DNA of 63,217 nucleotides, filler included, from Octopus bimaculoides (GCF_001194135.2; 8 parts of 8 records of this genome joined end to end with filler, not necessarily neighbours in it); one strand, 5' to 3'; positions 24,723 to 37,449 are shown, numbered from the whole stretch's first letter. Program-made: numbers and translations. Notes: generated by a model from the sequence alone, not told the origin.

Positions 24723-25747
24723 CAGAGAGATCTTCTAGGCTTCAGTTCATGTGCTGGTTGAAAGTCATTTAAAAAAATTCTGGGGTCAGTACATTTGACT
24801 AAAAATTCCTCAAGGTGGTACCCCAGCATGGCTGTAGTCTAATGACTGCAACAAGTAAAAAAAAGACAAAAACGGAATATATCACAGAAGTGGTTTTGAT
24901 CAGGCTTAAATCAAATTTTGGGTTCCATACAGCCATCTAAAAATACTTTAAGGTGGTGCCCCAGCATGGCCAGCCACAGTCTAATAACTGCAACAAGTAA
25001 AAGCGAAAAAAAATTCTGAGATTGATATGTTCAACTAAAAATTCTTCAAGGTGGTACTCCAGCATGGCCACAATCTAATGACTGGAACAAGTAAAAGGTG
25101 AAAAGTAACAAGTTTTTGTTGGCACTCTGTCGCTTACGACGTCGAGGGTTCTAGTTGATCTGATCAATGGAACAGCCTGCTCGTGAAATTAACGTGCAAG
25201 TGGCTGAGCACTCCACAGATACGTGTACCTTTAACATAGTTCTCGGGAATATTCAGCATGACACAGTGTGACAAGGCTGACCATTTGAATTACAGGCACA
25301 AAGTAACAAGTAAAAAAAGAAATAAAACAATTCTGGAATTGATATGTTCAACTAAAAATTCTAAATAACTAAAAATAACTGAAAAAAATAACTGTGGGAC
25401 TTTTGTCCACTTTCACACTTTTGTCTGGATCCCTACTGACATGTGTGTAGGCCCACTAATTGCTTTTTTTTTTTTTTTCATATTAAATTCCAATATAATT
25501 GTAGTCTACATCATCTGAAAGGTATTTGTTGAAAATTTCATTAAAAAAACATTTCCACTTTTTGGAAAGTTATGAANNNNNNNNNNNNNNNNNNNNNNNN
25601 NNNNNNNNNNNNNNNNNNNNTTAATTAATTAANNNNNNNNNNNNNNNNNNNNNNNNNNNNNNNNNNNNNNNNNNNNATATATATGAATAGATATAGATGT
25701 ATGTGTGTGTGTGTGTGTGTGTGTATGTGTGTGTGTGTCTACACATA

Positions 25748-26667
25748 TAGGGAGGACGATCAACCAGTTCAAAGCCACAGTCTCACACAGCAATCATTGA
25801 AGCCAAGGACCTGTGTGCAGGAGCATTGTCTTGAAACAAGGCCCCTTTCATCTGTTTTTCTAACCGTTTGATCATGATAGACTTTCATAACTGCTTCAGC
25901 AAGTTGACATAATACTTGTCACATTGGTAATGTGGACTTTTTGAAGTCAATAAACACAATGTTTTTAGCATCTCAAAAAGATGAGGCCGTCACATTCCCC
26001 GTAGATGAACCGACCTTGGCCTCCTTTGGAGCAGATGAGTGGTGCTTTCACTGCATGGGTTGTTTCTTTGTCTCTGGCTCAAAGTGATGAATCCAACACT
26101 CATCCTCGGTTAAGAAACATTCAAAGAAACCAGTTTGATCTACCTCATACAATGTCAGCCTGTGGTCAACCTGGTGCGGTTTTGATCATGTGTCAGAAGA
26201 CGTGGCATCCAGCGAGCAGAAAACTTCGTCATGCCAAGTTTATAGTGCAGAATATTCTCAAATCTTTCACGAGATATCCAATAGCATTGATTATTTGATT
26301 CATAGTCAATCGTCTGTCATTCATTACCATGTGGTGAACACTGTCAATGTTGGGTGATCTTCAAGACTCTCCCTTCTCCTCCTAAATTCAGCTACTCACC
26401 TTTGCACTGTTCATAAAGTGTCATTCCTTAATGTAGCAACCATATCAACACGAATGTCCTTGGAGGTTAATGCATTTTCCTGTAGGTACTTGATAAATTG
26501 ATGATTCCAATTTTGTCAATTTCCAAGAGAAGTCGCTACTCGTTAGTTTTGAAGTGTTCTTTGGACAGTCAGATGCCACTTTACTTGGAAATAAACAATG
26601 TAGTCATTAATAAGAAGAGATAAAATTAATGTCTACAAAATTTCACAGCTCTATAATCACCCCATCA
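25748..26667 (-). mobile_element. Mariner (DD34D-type) transposase relic
   Basis: FSARWMPRLLT, LTEDECWIHHFEPETKKQPMQ*K, NVTASSF*DAKNIVFIDF. Degenerate TIR-like ends next to TA. Confidence 0.75.
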
Positions 26668-26719
26668 TAGTTAGCCTATGACGTTTTCAGCCCATCTTCG
26701 TACTTCACAGTCTGGAAGA

Positions 26720-27390
26720 TTCTGCAGGAGAATGGACTCTTGGATAATGGGTAAAAAAACGGAATCCATCAGGTACAATATAGATGGCACTATCACTTCA
26801 CCGGCTGGAAGCTCAATAATGCCAATAAATTCTTTCACATATCAAGAGACCGACATAATAGCCAAAGAGTCAGATGTTAAGTTATGTATTAATAAAACTT
26901 GTGTGCAACATTTAAGTCTCAGAACAATCAAAATAATTTAAGTTTGCAGGTAGTTTGTAAAAGAACTCATTGTAGGAAGTGCTTGAAACTATGTTAGTTT
27001 ATGGCTCTTCCACCTGGAGATTAACAAAAAGTCTTGATATTGTGTTGGATGTCACGTCTACACACACTTTTCGTTCCATTTTGAGTGCAGCCTAGAAAGA
27101 ACACTACTAAAGAAGTGATATGCAATGAGCTTCCTGAATGGTTTAGACTTCATTATAGAAAGACAAAGGTGACTTCACGGAACACTGAATTAAAGAGGAG
27201 GTGATTAGTGACACCATTCTTGGATTACATGGTCAAGATTGTAATCACATGAGTTGTCTTGAGAAAACAGACGACGATCAGTTAACAGATGACACTAGAT
27301 GTCACTTAGAGAAACTGTCACATGACATGGACAATAGAGATGGGTGGAGTATCAGAGCGATGACTATCCGAGCAAACTCGACCTGAAATT
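26720..27390 (+). mobile_element. RTE LINE 3' fragment (second subfamily)
   Basis: KKTESIRYNIDGTITS...FTY; DQLTDDTRCHLEKL..DMDNRDGW..RAMTIRANST* is a typical RTE terminus. Confidence 0.7.
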
Positions 27391-27428
27391 CATATATATG
27401 CAATACATACATACACACACACACACAC

Positions 27429-27471
<43 letters not shown>

Positions 27472-27749
27472 NNNNNNNNNNNNNNNNNNNNNNNNNNNNN
27501 NNNNNNNNNNNNNNNNNNNNNNNNNNNNNNNNNNNNNNNNNNNNNNNNNNNNNNNATATATAAATCAAACAAAAATATTGTATCTTATTGACAGATGAGT
27601 AGCAATGTCTCACTAGTGCTTTATCTCTTAATTTAATACAGCGACATGTCTATAGTATACTTCATATATGTCGACAACAATAGACACTGATTTTTGAAGA
27701 TATGCAGATATGCGGGGAAACAATTTGATGCCTATGATACAAACAAAAC

Positions 27750-28680
27750 TATGGTACAAGTGGACAAAGACACTTCTCTTCATTCCATGTAAATCGGTGT
27801 GACTTGCCCTGACAACTTTTCAAGGTGAAAGTAGCAACCGCCTTGAACACTCGGCTAAGATTACATCAAAGGTAATCTGGCTACGAAATAAGGCCTCATA
27901 GCAACACTACAACACTACTTTGACACCAAGCGTGCCACCGACCTTAAGAAAGAAAAACACAGCGACGTGGTGACGCACAGATCTCCATCAGCCGATCACG
28001 CATGCACCAAGGAATGAGGCCGTTAGTGCAACTGGACGACAAAAGTGGACGCACATGAGGTGCACTTACGACGGCACCGTCGCCTTCAACATGCTGGGGC
28101 TCATAATCAAGATGCACATTCCGAACATTTCATACAATTTTATCTAATGTTACCACAGATCTGGATTTACTGAGGAAGCTAGCATCATGTATTCCCTATG
28201 GTCTCTTATAGTAAATAGAGTACTTTTTTTGATCGTGGACAGCCGGCATGTCGTTTTGCATCACTACATACTCGTGTCGAAGGTGAGTAATTTGAGAGCC
28301 AGCTGCCAAATTGGATGTGATAACTGTTTCACATGCTCCCTCTAGAATTGAGGTCTGACTCACCACCTTAACTGAGCCATCGACAGTGGATAAAAAGGAC
28401 TCGCAAGGCGCTCGTCACACTAAGGCTAGTCGGTTCTTGTCCATGCGATCATATAAACACTTACTGACTCATCAAAATGGGAGGTGCGACACGGCACGCT
28501 ATTATCTGCAAGCACCAACAAGTGACCAACAGCTGTCTCGATAGATTGGACGTGTCAGTCACAGACTAATATTTGTGGCCGGAAGACACAGACACTGGTC
28601 ATGAGCAACGGCGACGAGACCAGTGACTAGCAGTACTGAATGCTGTTTCATCAGATCCCCGGAAGCAAGCTGCAATCGCG
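27750..28680 (-). mobile_element. Probable degenerate CRE-clade non-LTR retrotransposon (REL endonuclease region)
   Basis: CpG-rich. Frameshifted matches by eye: GLVAVAHDQCLCLPATNISL.L, EPQHVEGDG, GLIPWCM..L.W..CVTT (compare CRE EP..DG.RPDG.T..PW..GR.LVWD.T). Confidence 0.35.
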
Positions 28681-28696
28681 ATTTTAGTTGTGTGTA

Positions 28697-29520
28697 TCTA
28701 ATATATAAAATAGTCCTGTGTGTATTCGCTTTTCAGGCGAAAACTGCTGCGCGATTTCGTTCCATACTTGGGATGCATGAATAATCTGACCTCGGATACA
28801 TAATAGGGTCTTCATTTTATATTTTCATTAAAAATAAATAATATTACTTTATATATATGATTCACTTCTTTGAAAAGGTTTTTCAATGTTTACTTCTAGT
28901 ACTGACGTAGCAGCTAACTAGATATATCCATGTATGTCCGACGTAGCAACTGTAGCTAGCTACACACACACACACACACATGTATGTATACAATACGCCG
29001 TTGACGAATATTTACATTTTCACGCTTCTATTTCATTTCAGTTGCATTGTTTTCTTGGTTGATGACGAAAATGCGTGAATGTCACAGCTTCCTATATATT
29101 TTAAACTTGAAATTCTTAATCTGCACGTTCCTCATAGAAACATTCTTCTGGGGATTTCTGTTACTATCCGTCTCTCTATCTATCTAAAACTATATCTGTC
29201 TATCTATCTATCGGGTCCATGAATAATTTCACTTGCGATACAATAATATGGTCTTAATTTTTTTTTTAATAATATTACTTTCACTCTTCACGTTCCCCAA
29301 AGAAACATTCTTCTGAGGATTTCTGTTATTCACTCTCTATCTAATTATCCGCTTGTATTTCATTTCAGTCGCATTGTTTTTTGGGTTCCTGGGGAAAATA
29401 CATGAACGTCACAGCTTCCTATATATTTTTAGCTTGAAAATCTTAATCTTCACGTTCCTTATAGAACCATTCTTCTAAGGATTTCTGTTACTATCTAGAT
29501 AGATCTATCTCTCTATCTAA
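28697..29520 (+). mobile_element. Non-autonomous Helitron 5' portion with internal direct repeats
   Basis: A|TCTAATATATAAAA start, then aaaactgctgcgcgatttcgttccatacttggg. ~140-bp internal repeats at ~29028-29170 and ~29355-29495. 3' CTAG/hairpin not found. Confidence 0.45.
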
Positions 29521-29529
29521 ATCTACATC

Positions 29530-29535
29530 TAACTC

Positions 29536-29610
<75 letters not shown>

Positions 29611-29670
29611 GTCTGTCTGTCTGACTGTCTGTCTATATATGTATGTTTGTATGTATGTATGTATGTATAT
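29530..29670 (+). repeat. (TATC)n/(TGTC)n/(TATG)n compound microsatellite
   Basis: Directly visible. Confidence 0.95.
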
Positions 29671-29856
29671 ATCATATAATTCAAGAATCGGATAAAGTCT
29701 TTATGAGAATTTATCAAGTAGTTAGCGTGAAAAAACCTCAATACTGCAATAATTACGAAATCATAATCTACCGCTTAGTCTACTTTTAGGGGGCTAGTTT
29801 TCAGAGTTGCATTCCCTCACGTAAAATGTGTTTATTATGGAAGTTTGGCTATATAT

Positions 29857-29894
<38 letters not shown>

Positions 29895-30663
29895 TAGTAA
29901 TGATAAGACAAAAGAATGAATGAGACCTCGATATTATGTAAATAGAGGAATTTATCTGTAATATAATATATGATAATTATTCGGTTGCCATAATNNNNNN
30001 NNNNNNNNNNNNNNNNNNNNNNNNNNNNNNNNNNNNNNNNNNNNNNNNNNNNNNNNNNNNNNNNNNNNNNNNNNNNNNNNNNNNNNNNNNNNNNNNNNNN
30101 NNNNNNNNNNNNNNNNNNNNNNNNNNNNNNNNNNNNNNNNNNNNNNNNNNNNNNNNNNNNNNNNNNNNNNNNNNNNNNNNNNNNNNNNNNNNNNNNNNNN
30201 NNNNNNNNNNNNNNNNNNNNNNNNNNNNNNNNNNNNNNNNNNNNNNNNNNNNNNNNNNNNNNNNNNNNNNNNNNNNNNNNNNNNNNNNNNNNNNNNNNNN
30301 NNNNNNNNNNNNNNNNNNNNNNNNNNNNNNNNNNNNNNNNNNNNNNNNNNNNNNNNNNNNNNNNNNNNNNNNNNNNNNNNNNNNNNNNNNNNNNNNNNNN
30401 NNNNNNNNNNNNNNNNNNNNNNNNNNNNNNNNNNNNNNNNNNNNNNNNNNNNNNNNNNNNNNNNNNNNNNNNNNNNNNNNNNNNNNNNNNNNNNNNNNNN
30501 NNNNNNNNNNNNNNNNNNNNNNNNNNNNNNNNNNNNNNNNNNNNNNNNNNNNNNNNNNNNNNNNNNNNNNNNNNNNNNNNNNNNNNNNNNNNNNNNNNNN
30601 NNNNNNNNNNNNNNNNNNNNNNNNNNNNNNNNNNNNNNNNNNNNNNNNNNNNNNNNNNNNNNN

Positions 30664-30727
<64 letters not shown>

Positions 30728-32399
30728 TCCCTGCTAAGATCACTTGAGAACCGATGCTGGTATGGTTATGTCACCGTAACATAGTGACCGATAGAATAAG
30801 TACTAGGCTTGCAAGGAATAAATCCTGGAGTCGATTTGTTTGATTAAAATTGGTGCTCCAGCATGGTCGAAGTGAAATTACTGAAATAAGTAAAAGAATA
30901 TACATACTACACATTATTATGCATTAGCAAATTATGGCAACGGCCGGACTGAAACCAAGCTTTAGACTGGATCAGTAGAAGGAATATTTAAATTCAGGTA
31001 GAACAACCATATTTTAGCTTTTAGACACCTTGATAAGAGACATGCAGCAACCCTTTCGGCATTTGTCTGGAAATTTTAGATCGTGAATGCCAGCTACAAC
31101 ATCAAATGGAAGCTCCTTTCTTATACCAAACCCTATATTTATTTCTTTATTGCCCGCAGGAGGCCTAAACATAGAGGGGACAAACAAAGGGATTAAGTCG
31201 ATTACATCGACTCCAGTGTGTAACTTGTACATATTTAATCGACCCCGAAAGGATAAAAGGCAAAATCCACCACGGCGGAATTTGAACTCAGTACGTAACG
31301 GTACACGAAATACTGCTAAGCATTTCGCCCGACGTGCCAACGATCCTATCAGCTCGCCGCCCTATATCAACGGGTAAAAAATATTCCATATTTAAGAACC
31401 TCCAGTGACTGCGTAAATACCAGGGGCGAGAGTTGTTCTTGATGTCCGCATTTAAAAAAAATAATCTTAGCTGAAATTAAAGATAAACCATCATAAAACA
31501 TATCAGTGTTGGTCTTGTATATTTTGACACTAGTTAATCACCTCACCTGTGTTTTTCTCTGCTCTTTTCTAAACACATGTGTTCATTGAAACGTCGATTG
31601 CATCGAACGCAGTTACCAAACAGTCTTGTTGTTTTTAACAGCTTAACAAATGGCGAAATAAATTAATATTTCGGCCAGGAAACTCTGGTCAGGTGTATTA
31701 TAATAATATCTTTACTCTCTTAACTGACACTATGCTACTTGTTTTTATTATCAGTCATCTGTAGATAAAACAATAACATATTCATGAAATAAGTTTTTTT
31801 TTTCTGTGCTAAATATTAACTGCTGGTGGCAACGGTTTTTATTTCAAAGATTGATTTCTCCTAGATGAATTGATTTTGACTACGACTGGGGAGAACAATC
31901 TATCTTTTACTATGTTGGTTGGCCATCGACTCTGCTGAGTTTTTCTGCCCTTTAACAGATCTTGTCTTCATTCTACAAGGTGTCCAAAAATCACCCTCCT
32001 CATCAAGTAAACTTGGTAGTTTTGCCGGGTTAGTCACCGACGTACCGACCATGCAATATGTTGTACTAGGTTACATGTTATCAATTGTGTAAGAGTGACT
32101 TGACTCATATATATATATATATATATATTCAAGGTGAATATGGTACTTAAGTTTAGGCACCAGAATTAAGTATGGTATTATCCATACAATTCCAAAATAA
32201 GATAATTAAAATCAAAATAAGCAACAAGGATATCCAAAGTTAATGAAGTACGATCGTTTCATGCGACTCCATTTATTTAAGCAATGTGAACATTATATCA
32301 AGTATAAAATGCAGAGCAATCCTCAGCTGCACAAAGATATAGGAATTTACTGAAATTTCATTTCAACAGAAGGACATATTTTTGTANNNNNNNNNNTTT

Positions 32400-33600
32400 T
32401 GTTTCTGATTTATGGATCATCTTATCAGACCTAGTGATTCAAAGCGTAAGAGGGCACTAGCATTTTCTTTATAGGGAAAGGGAAAGGGGTAAACAATATA
32501 GACAGTATACATGGATGATATGGTTATAAAATTTCTTTGGGTTTAGTGACAAAACTATTATAGGTGGTGGAGTTTCTCTACTAGAAGACTAGTTTATAAT
32601 GGAGCAGGGAAAGTTTTAACATAAGGCACCTAGGTCAAAAGTATATAAAATAAAGTTGCTATATTGTGTACAGATACAGCAAATGTTTATTCATAGTTTT
32701 CATTAATCAGAATAATGTATCAGTATTGTTTTACATATGCTAAGTTTGAAATACTTGAGATATCAATATTTGCTTAATTAATATGTGAATAAATAAAAGC
32801 TAATTATAAATTAATGATGAACTAAAAACAAATAGTGTATAGTAATGTAAATAATCAATCAATGCAGTATGCAAAAACCATGAAGTGGTATTAATTTAAA
32901 ATGTTATGGTAAAGTACATTTAGACATATTTACACCAATATAAGGAACCATAGATAAGATGTGAAATTAAATTGCTTTTATATATATTGGACTAAAAAAA
33001 TTTTAAAATTAAACTTATATATCTAATATCATTTAAAGGACATATAAGAGATAAAAATGTATTATGTAACCAATGTAAAGAATTAATACATAGGATTTAC
33101 ATGGTTTATAATGATGGACTCATCAAGGTTTAAGAAACTGATAAAATGAATGAATAATGGTGAACATTAATAGAGAATATGATAATTATGTACTGATTTA
33201 ATTAGATCACACTATCTTATATTATCAGGAACTTGTGTTAACTAACGTGGGCTAAGTACAAAATAATAATGGAACAAGGATTAGATTTATCTAAATCACC
33301 CATAAAATAACAATAATAATATTACAACAATGGAATAACATGAATCCTTTAGGGTCAGGCATCAAATAAAATTTTAAAAGGTTTGAAAACTATTAAAAAC
33401 TATTAAGAGATTTCAAAACATCCTATTCAATTAAAGTTAACTAAACTAACAGCAATAGCAAAAGTAATATGACAAAAAACCATATACCATCCATGGATAA
33501 AGTTAAAATTTTAGTTTTCACAGGAAGATTATACATTAAGGTGAGAGATCAAAAATATCCTATAATAGTTCAATTTCAATTTAAATATGTACTAATTATA
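32400..33600 (+). mobile_element. Probable ancient L1/Tx1-like LINE 3' relic
   Basis: Very AT-rich. VLCNQCKEL resembles the start of a C-terminal CCHC finger; AKVIW-type motif. Many stops. Confidence 0.3.
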
Positions 33601-34138
33601 TCTAGTACCACTTTCCTTTAATTCCCAAATTTTATTTGATAACGACGTACAATTAGCCTTATGTTTAAGTCTAAAAGATGACAGGTGGCTATGTATACGT
33701 TGTTTCAAATTAATCGTACATCCCAAGTAAATATAATTATAGTACTTATTGTGCATTTATATACTACGTTTCGGGTGAGACATCGGCCTAATAACGGACA
33801 ACAGGACACTAATTATGATTTCATAATTAGTGCACAAAATGAATTTTGTGCGCTAATTATGAAATCATATGATCTGCAGTTGAATCTGTTTTTAAAAGGC
33901 TCGCTTTGAGAGTTGCTTTCTCTCGCTTTCGGTACTATGTATTTATTATAGTAGTTTTGACTTTAAGAGTCCCTCCTAGCGTGAGGCATTTATGTATAGT
34001 AATGCCCTTAATATAAATAAATATATTTAAAGGGAAAAATTAATAAATTTTTCCCTTATGAGGTTTTTCACGGTAACTACTTGATAAATTCTTATAAAGA
34101 TTTTATCCTATTTTTAAATAATATACATATATGTATAT

Positions 34139-35141
34139 AATTTTCCATAAGCCTTCCCTATCTACACTATCGAATGCTTTTTCGAAATCAATAAAATTAA
34201 TATAAAGCGGTGCATTCCACTCTGNNNNNNNNNNGCAACAATTTGTCGACTGCTGTCCTCACCCGCTCCAAAAGTATCCTGTTAAAAACTTTTCCGGGAG
34301 TCAATAATAACATAATCCCTCTATAATTTCCGCAAACGCTTAAATCACCTGTTTTGGGCAATTTTACGATGAGTCCCTCTTTCCAGTCATTAGGCATATT
34401 TTCTTCCTGCCATATCATAGAAAATAATGGATGAAACATTTCTACCGCTATTTCTATAGCTGATTTCATTGCTTCAGCTGGAATATTGTCTACACCTCCC
34501 GCTTTCCCATTCTTGATGGATTGTATAGCCTTTCTTATTTCAAACTTGGACGGTGAGTCAAGGCTGATGTTAAGATCCAAATTTCTTGGCGCAATGTTGG
34601 CTATTGTGTCTGAGCAAATCTTCAAAATGCTCCTTCCATCGATTTTTTTGTTCTAGAATTGATGTTAGCGTCCGGTCACCCTTCCCTTTTACTGCCTTTT
34701 CTACTCTTACTCTCTTCCCGGATAGTAATTTAGTTGTGTTGTACAGCTCTTTCATGTTCTGGCGCTGAGCTGCACTTTCTGGTGTCGTTGCTAAATTTTC
34801 GAAATATTTTCGCTTGTCTCTTCTCAATTGTTTTTTAACTTCCTTATTTTGTTGGTTGTAATTTCCCTGACATCTATTTATCTCTACTTCTAAGCTTGCC
34901 GACAGTAATTTTTCCTTTAGCTTCTTTCTTACTTCTATCGTTGTCAGTGTCTCTTGTGATATACACGTCTTATTCGTTTTGTTTACACACCCTACGCATT
35001 CTTCTAATAATGAAATAAAAGCATCCTTAATTTTCGACCAAGTATGTTCTATTGTGTTGCCTTGCATCCTTTTTACTTGCATTGATTTGCATGATAATGC
35101 TTTTCTGTATTTTATTTGGGTGTCTTTGTGTTTTAGACAAG
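34139..35141 (-). mobile_element. RTE LINE, inverted 5' segment (linker to RT motif DFEKAFDSV)
   Basis: ORFs 34570-35082 and 34197-34625: EIRKAIQSIKNGKAGGVDNIPAE, WKEGLIVKLPKTGDLSVCGNYRGIMLL, LYINFIDFEKAFDSVDREGLWKI. Confidence 0.92.
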
Positions 35142-35142
35142 T

Positions 35143-35653
35143 ATATATCTATAATAAGAGCAACTTACCAAGGAATGTCATGCCGAATCTTGCATGGAAA
35201 CGGAGCTACGATAAATTCGAAGTAAAAACAGGAGTTCGACAGGGCTGTATAATTTCTCCCTTTTTATTTCTACTAGTTATAGATTGGATTATGAAGGAAA
35301 CAACGATTGAAAGCCAAACAGGCATTGAATGGACGGATGCAGAATTTGTGGAAGATCTCGGCTTTGCAGATGATATAGCGCTACTTTCACAAACATATAG
35401 CCAAATGCAAAATAAAACGTCAAAATTAGAAGCAATAGCTGCCAAACTGGGATTGAAAGTCAACCACGACAAATCAAAAATTATGCGCGTTAATGAAGAA
35501 AACAGTAAACGTATTAAACTAGAAACCGGTGAACTAGAGGATGTAGCCGAGTTTACGTATTTAGGTAGTAAGATAACGTTCTCAGGCGGCACCGACGAAG
35601 ATATTAAGACGAGAATAAGTAAGGGAAGGACCGCTTTTCACCTGTTAAAAAAG
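35143..35653 (+). mobile_element. Same RTE LINE, non-inverted segment (RT motifs QG, FADD, YLG)
   Basis: IIRATYQGMSCRILHGNG, then KFEVKTGVRQGCIISPFLF, DLGFADDIALL, FTYLGS. Confidence 0.92.
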
Positions 35654-37184
35654 GGTATTTCCATGGCACCAGTGATGGAAAGCATTCACCATGTTTCACT
35701 AGCATACACTTGCATACAATGCCGTAAGAATTGCGCTACCTGTGTCATAGCTGATCCGATTCCGCTTTAACCAGTCTCAAAAGCCCAAATGAGAATGCAG
35801 GTGGGTTAGAGCGCAAAGTCGGCAACCCTGTCTTCCTCTGTAAAAAATCTAAACAAACATCACAGAGACGATGAGAAGTAACTATATATATACTACAATG
35901 GTAAACATTATATTGTGTGTTACAAGATCACATGTTTGGAAGAAAGAAAGTAGATTTGTGTAAGTTGACCCCAGTTCTTGACTCGTACTTATTTTATAGA
36001 CACCCGGCTGATTACAAATAAAGTCGACCTTGGGGGTACTTGAACTCAGATCGTAAAAGAACCTAACAAAATATCATCCCTAGGCTATGCTTTACCTTAC
36101 CGTTTTTATATTAGACTACAGTTTTTATACTCATATATATATTGTGCCATCAGATTATATACGTTGCCTATTTAATCTTATCATTTATTTAGGTCATAAC
36201 TCTGTGTGCTTCTTAGTTGTTAATAGTCAGCCCATTTTGTACAATTATTTTCTGTTTACTTTATATTTGGATGACAAATGATAGCTACGTTGGATTTACA
36301 AAACATGAGATATTGAATAAGGCCTTGCAAACTCTACGTAATCAACTAAACGTGCTGTAAATATATATGCATGTATACAAGAAGAGCATCTTTAACTGGT
36401 TGCTAGAGGTAGCAGCCAAATCCCCCTCAAAAACACTTTATTATCTTAGAAAAGGGAAGAATAAGTTGAAGAATGTAGTCTTACAGAATTACCATGGCTG
36501 GAAGTATTTCGATATACTGGCCTAAAACTAAAAAACAATTACTTGCCTATAATCATAAGTCTACTGGATCACGACTCTACCCGGAGTCACATGACACTAT
36601 GGATATTCTCCTGGAGAATTCTTCTCCGTGATGCAGATATGGATAAGGTTATTTTATGAAAGACCAGCAGTTTCCTATGAGGACCTCCTCACTCCATGAA
36701 TGAAACCAACATTATCCAAAGGAAGAGCACCAGCTGATGCAGTCTGATATCAATGTCATTGCAGACAAACTCGGAAGTGAAACAACGCCCTAGTATTGTT
36801 CGACGCCCCAACAATTCCACCAAGCCAGCATTCTTCACAGGTATTTTATTTGTGGACCCCAAAAAAATGAAAAGAACATTTGAACTCAGTGGCATTTGAA
36901 CTCAGATTACAGGGAGTCTTCCTTTTTCCATTATCAAATTTAGATTCACTTTTTGTCACTTTCTGTCAATGTAACAATTACAATTTTTTAAAAATGAAGG
37001 AAGAAAACATTGTCAAGGATAACAAATATCAAAATACTTCACATTTTACATGTTTTTAAAGCCTGGTCCATATTCTATTGGTCTCTTGCCGAACTGCTAA
37101 GTTACGGGGTCATACACAAACAAATACCGGTGGTGCGGGGCGAACACAGACACAAAGACACAAACTCACATATGTATACACACA

Positions 37185-37244
<60 letters not shown>

Positions 37245-37449
37245 NNNNNNNNNNNNNNNNNNNNNNNNNNNNNNNNNNNNNNNNNNNNTTAATTAATTAA
37301 NNNNNNNNNNNNNNNNNNNNNNNNNNNNNNNNNNNNNNNNNNNNCTAGGGGTCAGCCACACTTAAGTGGCAATATACTACACTTTATCGTGCAGTTACTG
37401 TTAATACTTCATTTAGAGAATTAACATTATATATATATATATATATATA

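Noticed and set aside
25621-25632. TTAATTAATTAA motif embedded in N runs, seven times (25621, 37289, 41144, 55009, 56713, 59898, 61955)
   Set aside because: Always centred in a ~100-bp N block (44+12+44 where counted) and encodes stops in all six frames: a scaffolding spacer, not biology.
29952-30743. Long ORFs through N gaps or microsatellites (also 48324-49334, 57424-58483 and the many [16 protein letters not shown] ORFs)
   Set aside because: Artefacts of N runs and simple repeats that lack stop codons.
31900-32052. 50-aa minus-strand ORF MVGTSVTNPAKLPSLLDEEGDFWTPCRMK...
   Set aside because: No recognisable motif; length is within chance expectation.
32400-33600. Possible mitochondrial insertion (NUMT) in a very AT-rich stretch
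   Set aside because: No sustained match to cytb, ND5 or ATP6 under the invertebrate mitochondrial code; a CxxC zinc-finger-like remnant fits a LINE relic better.
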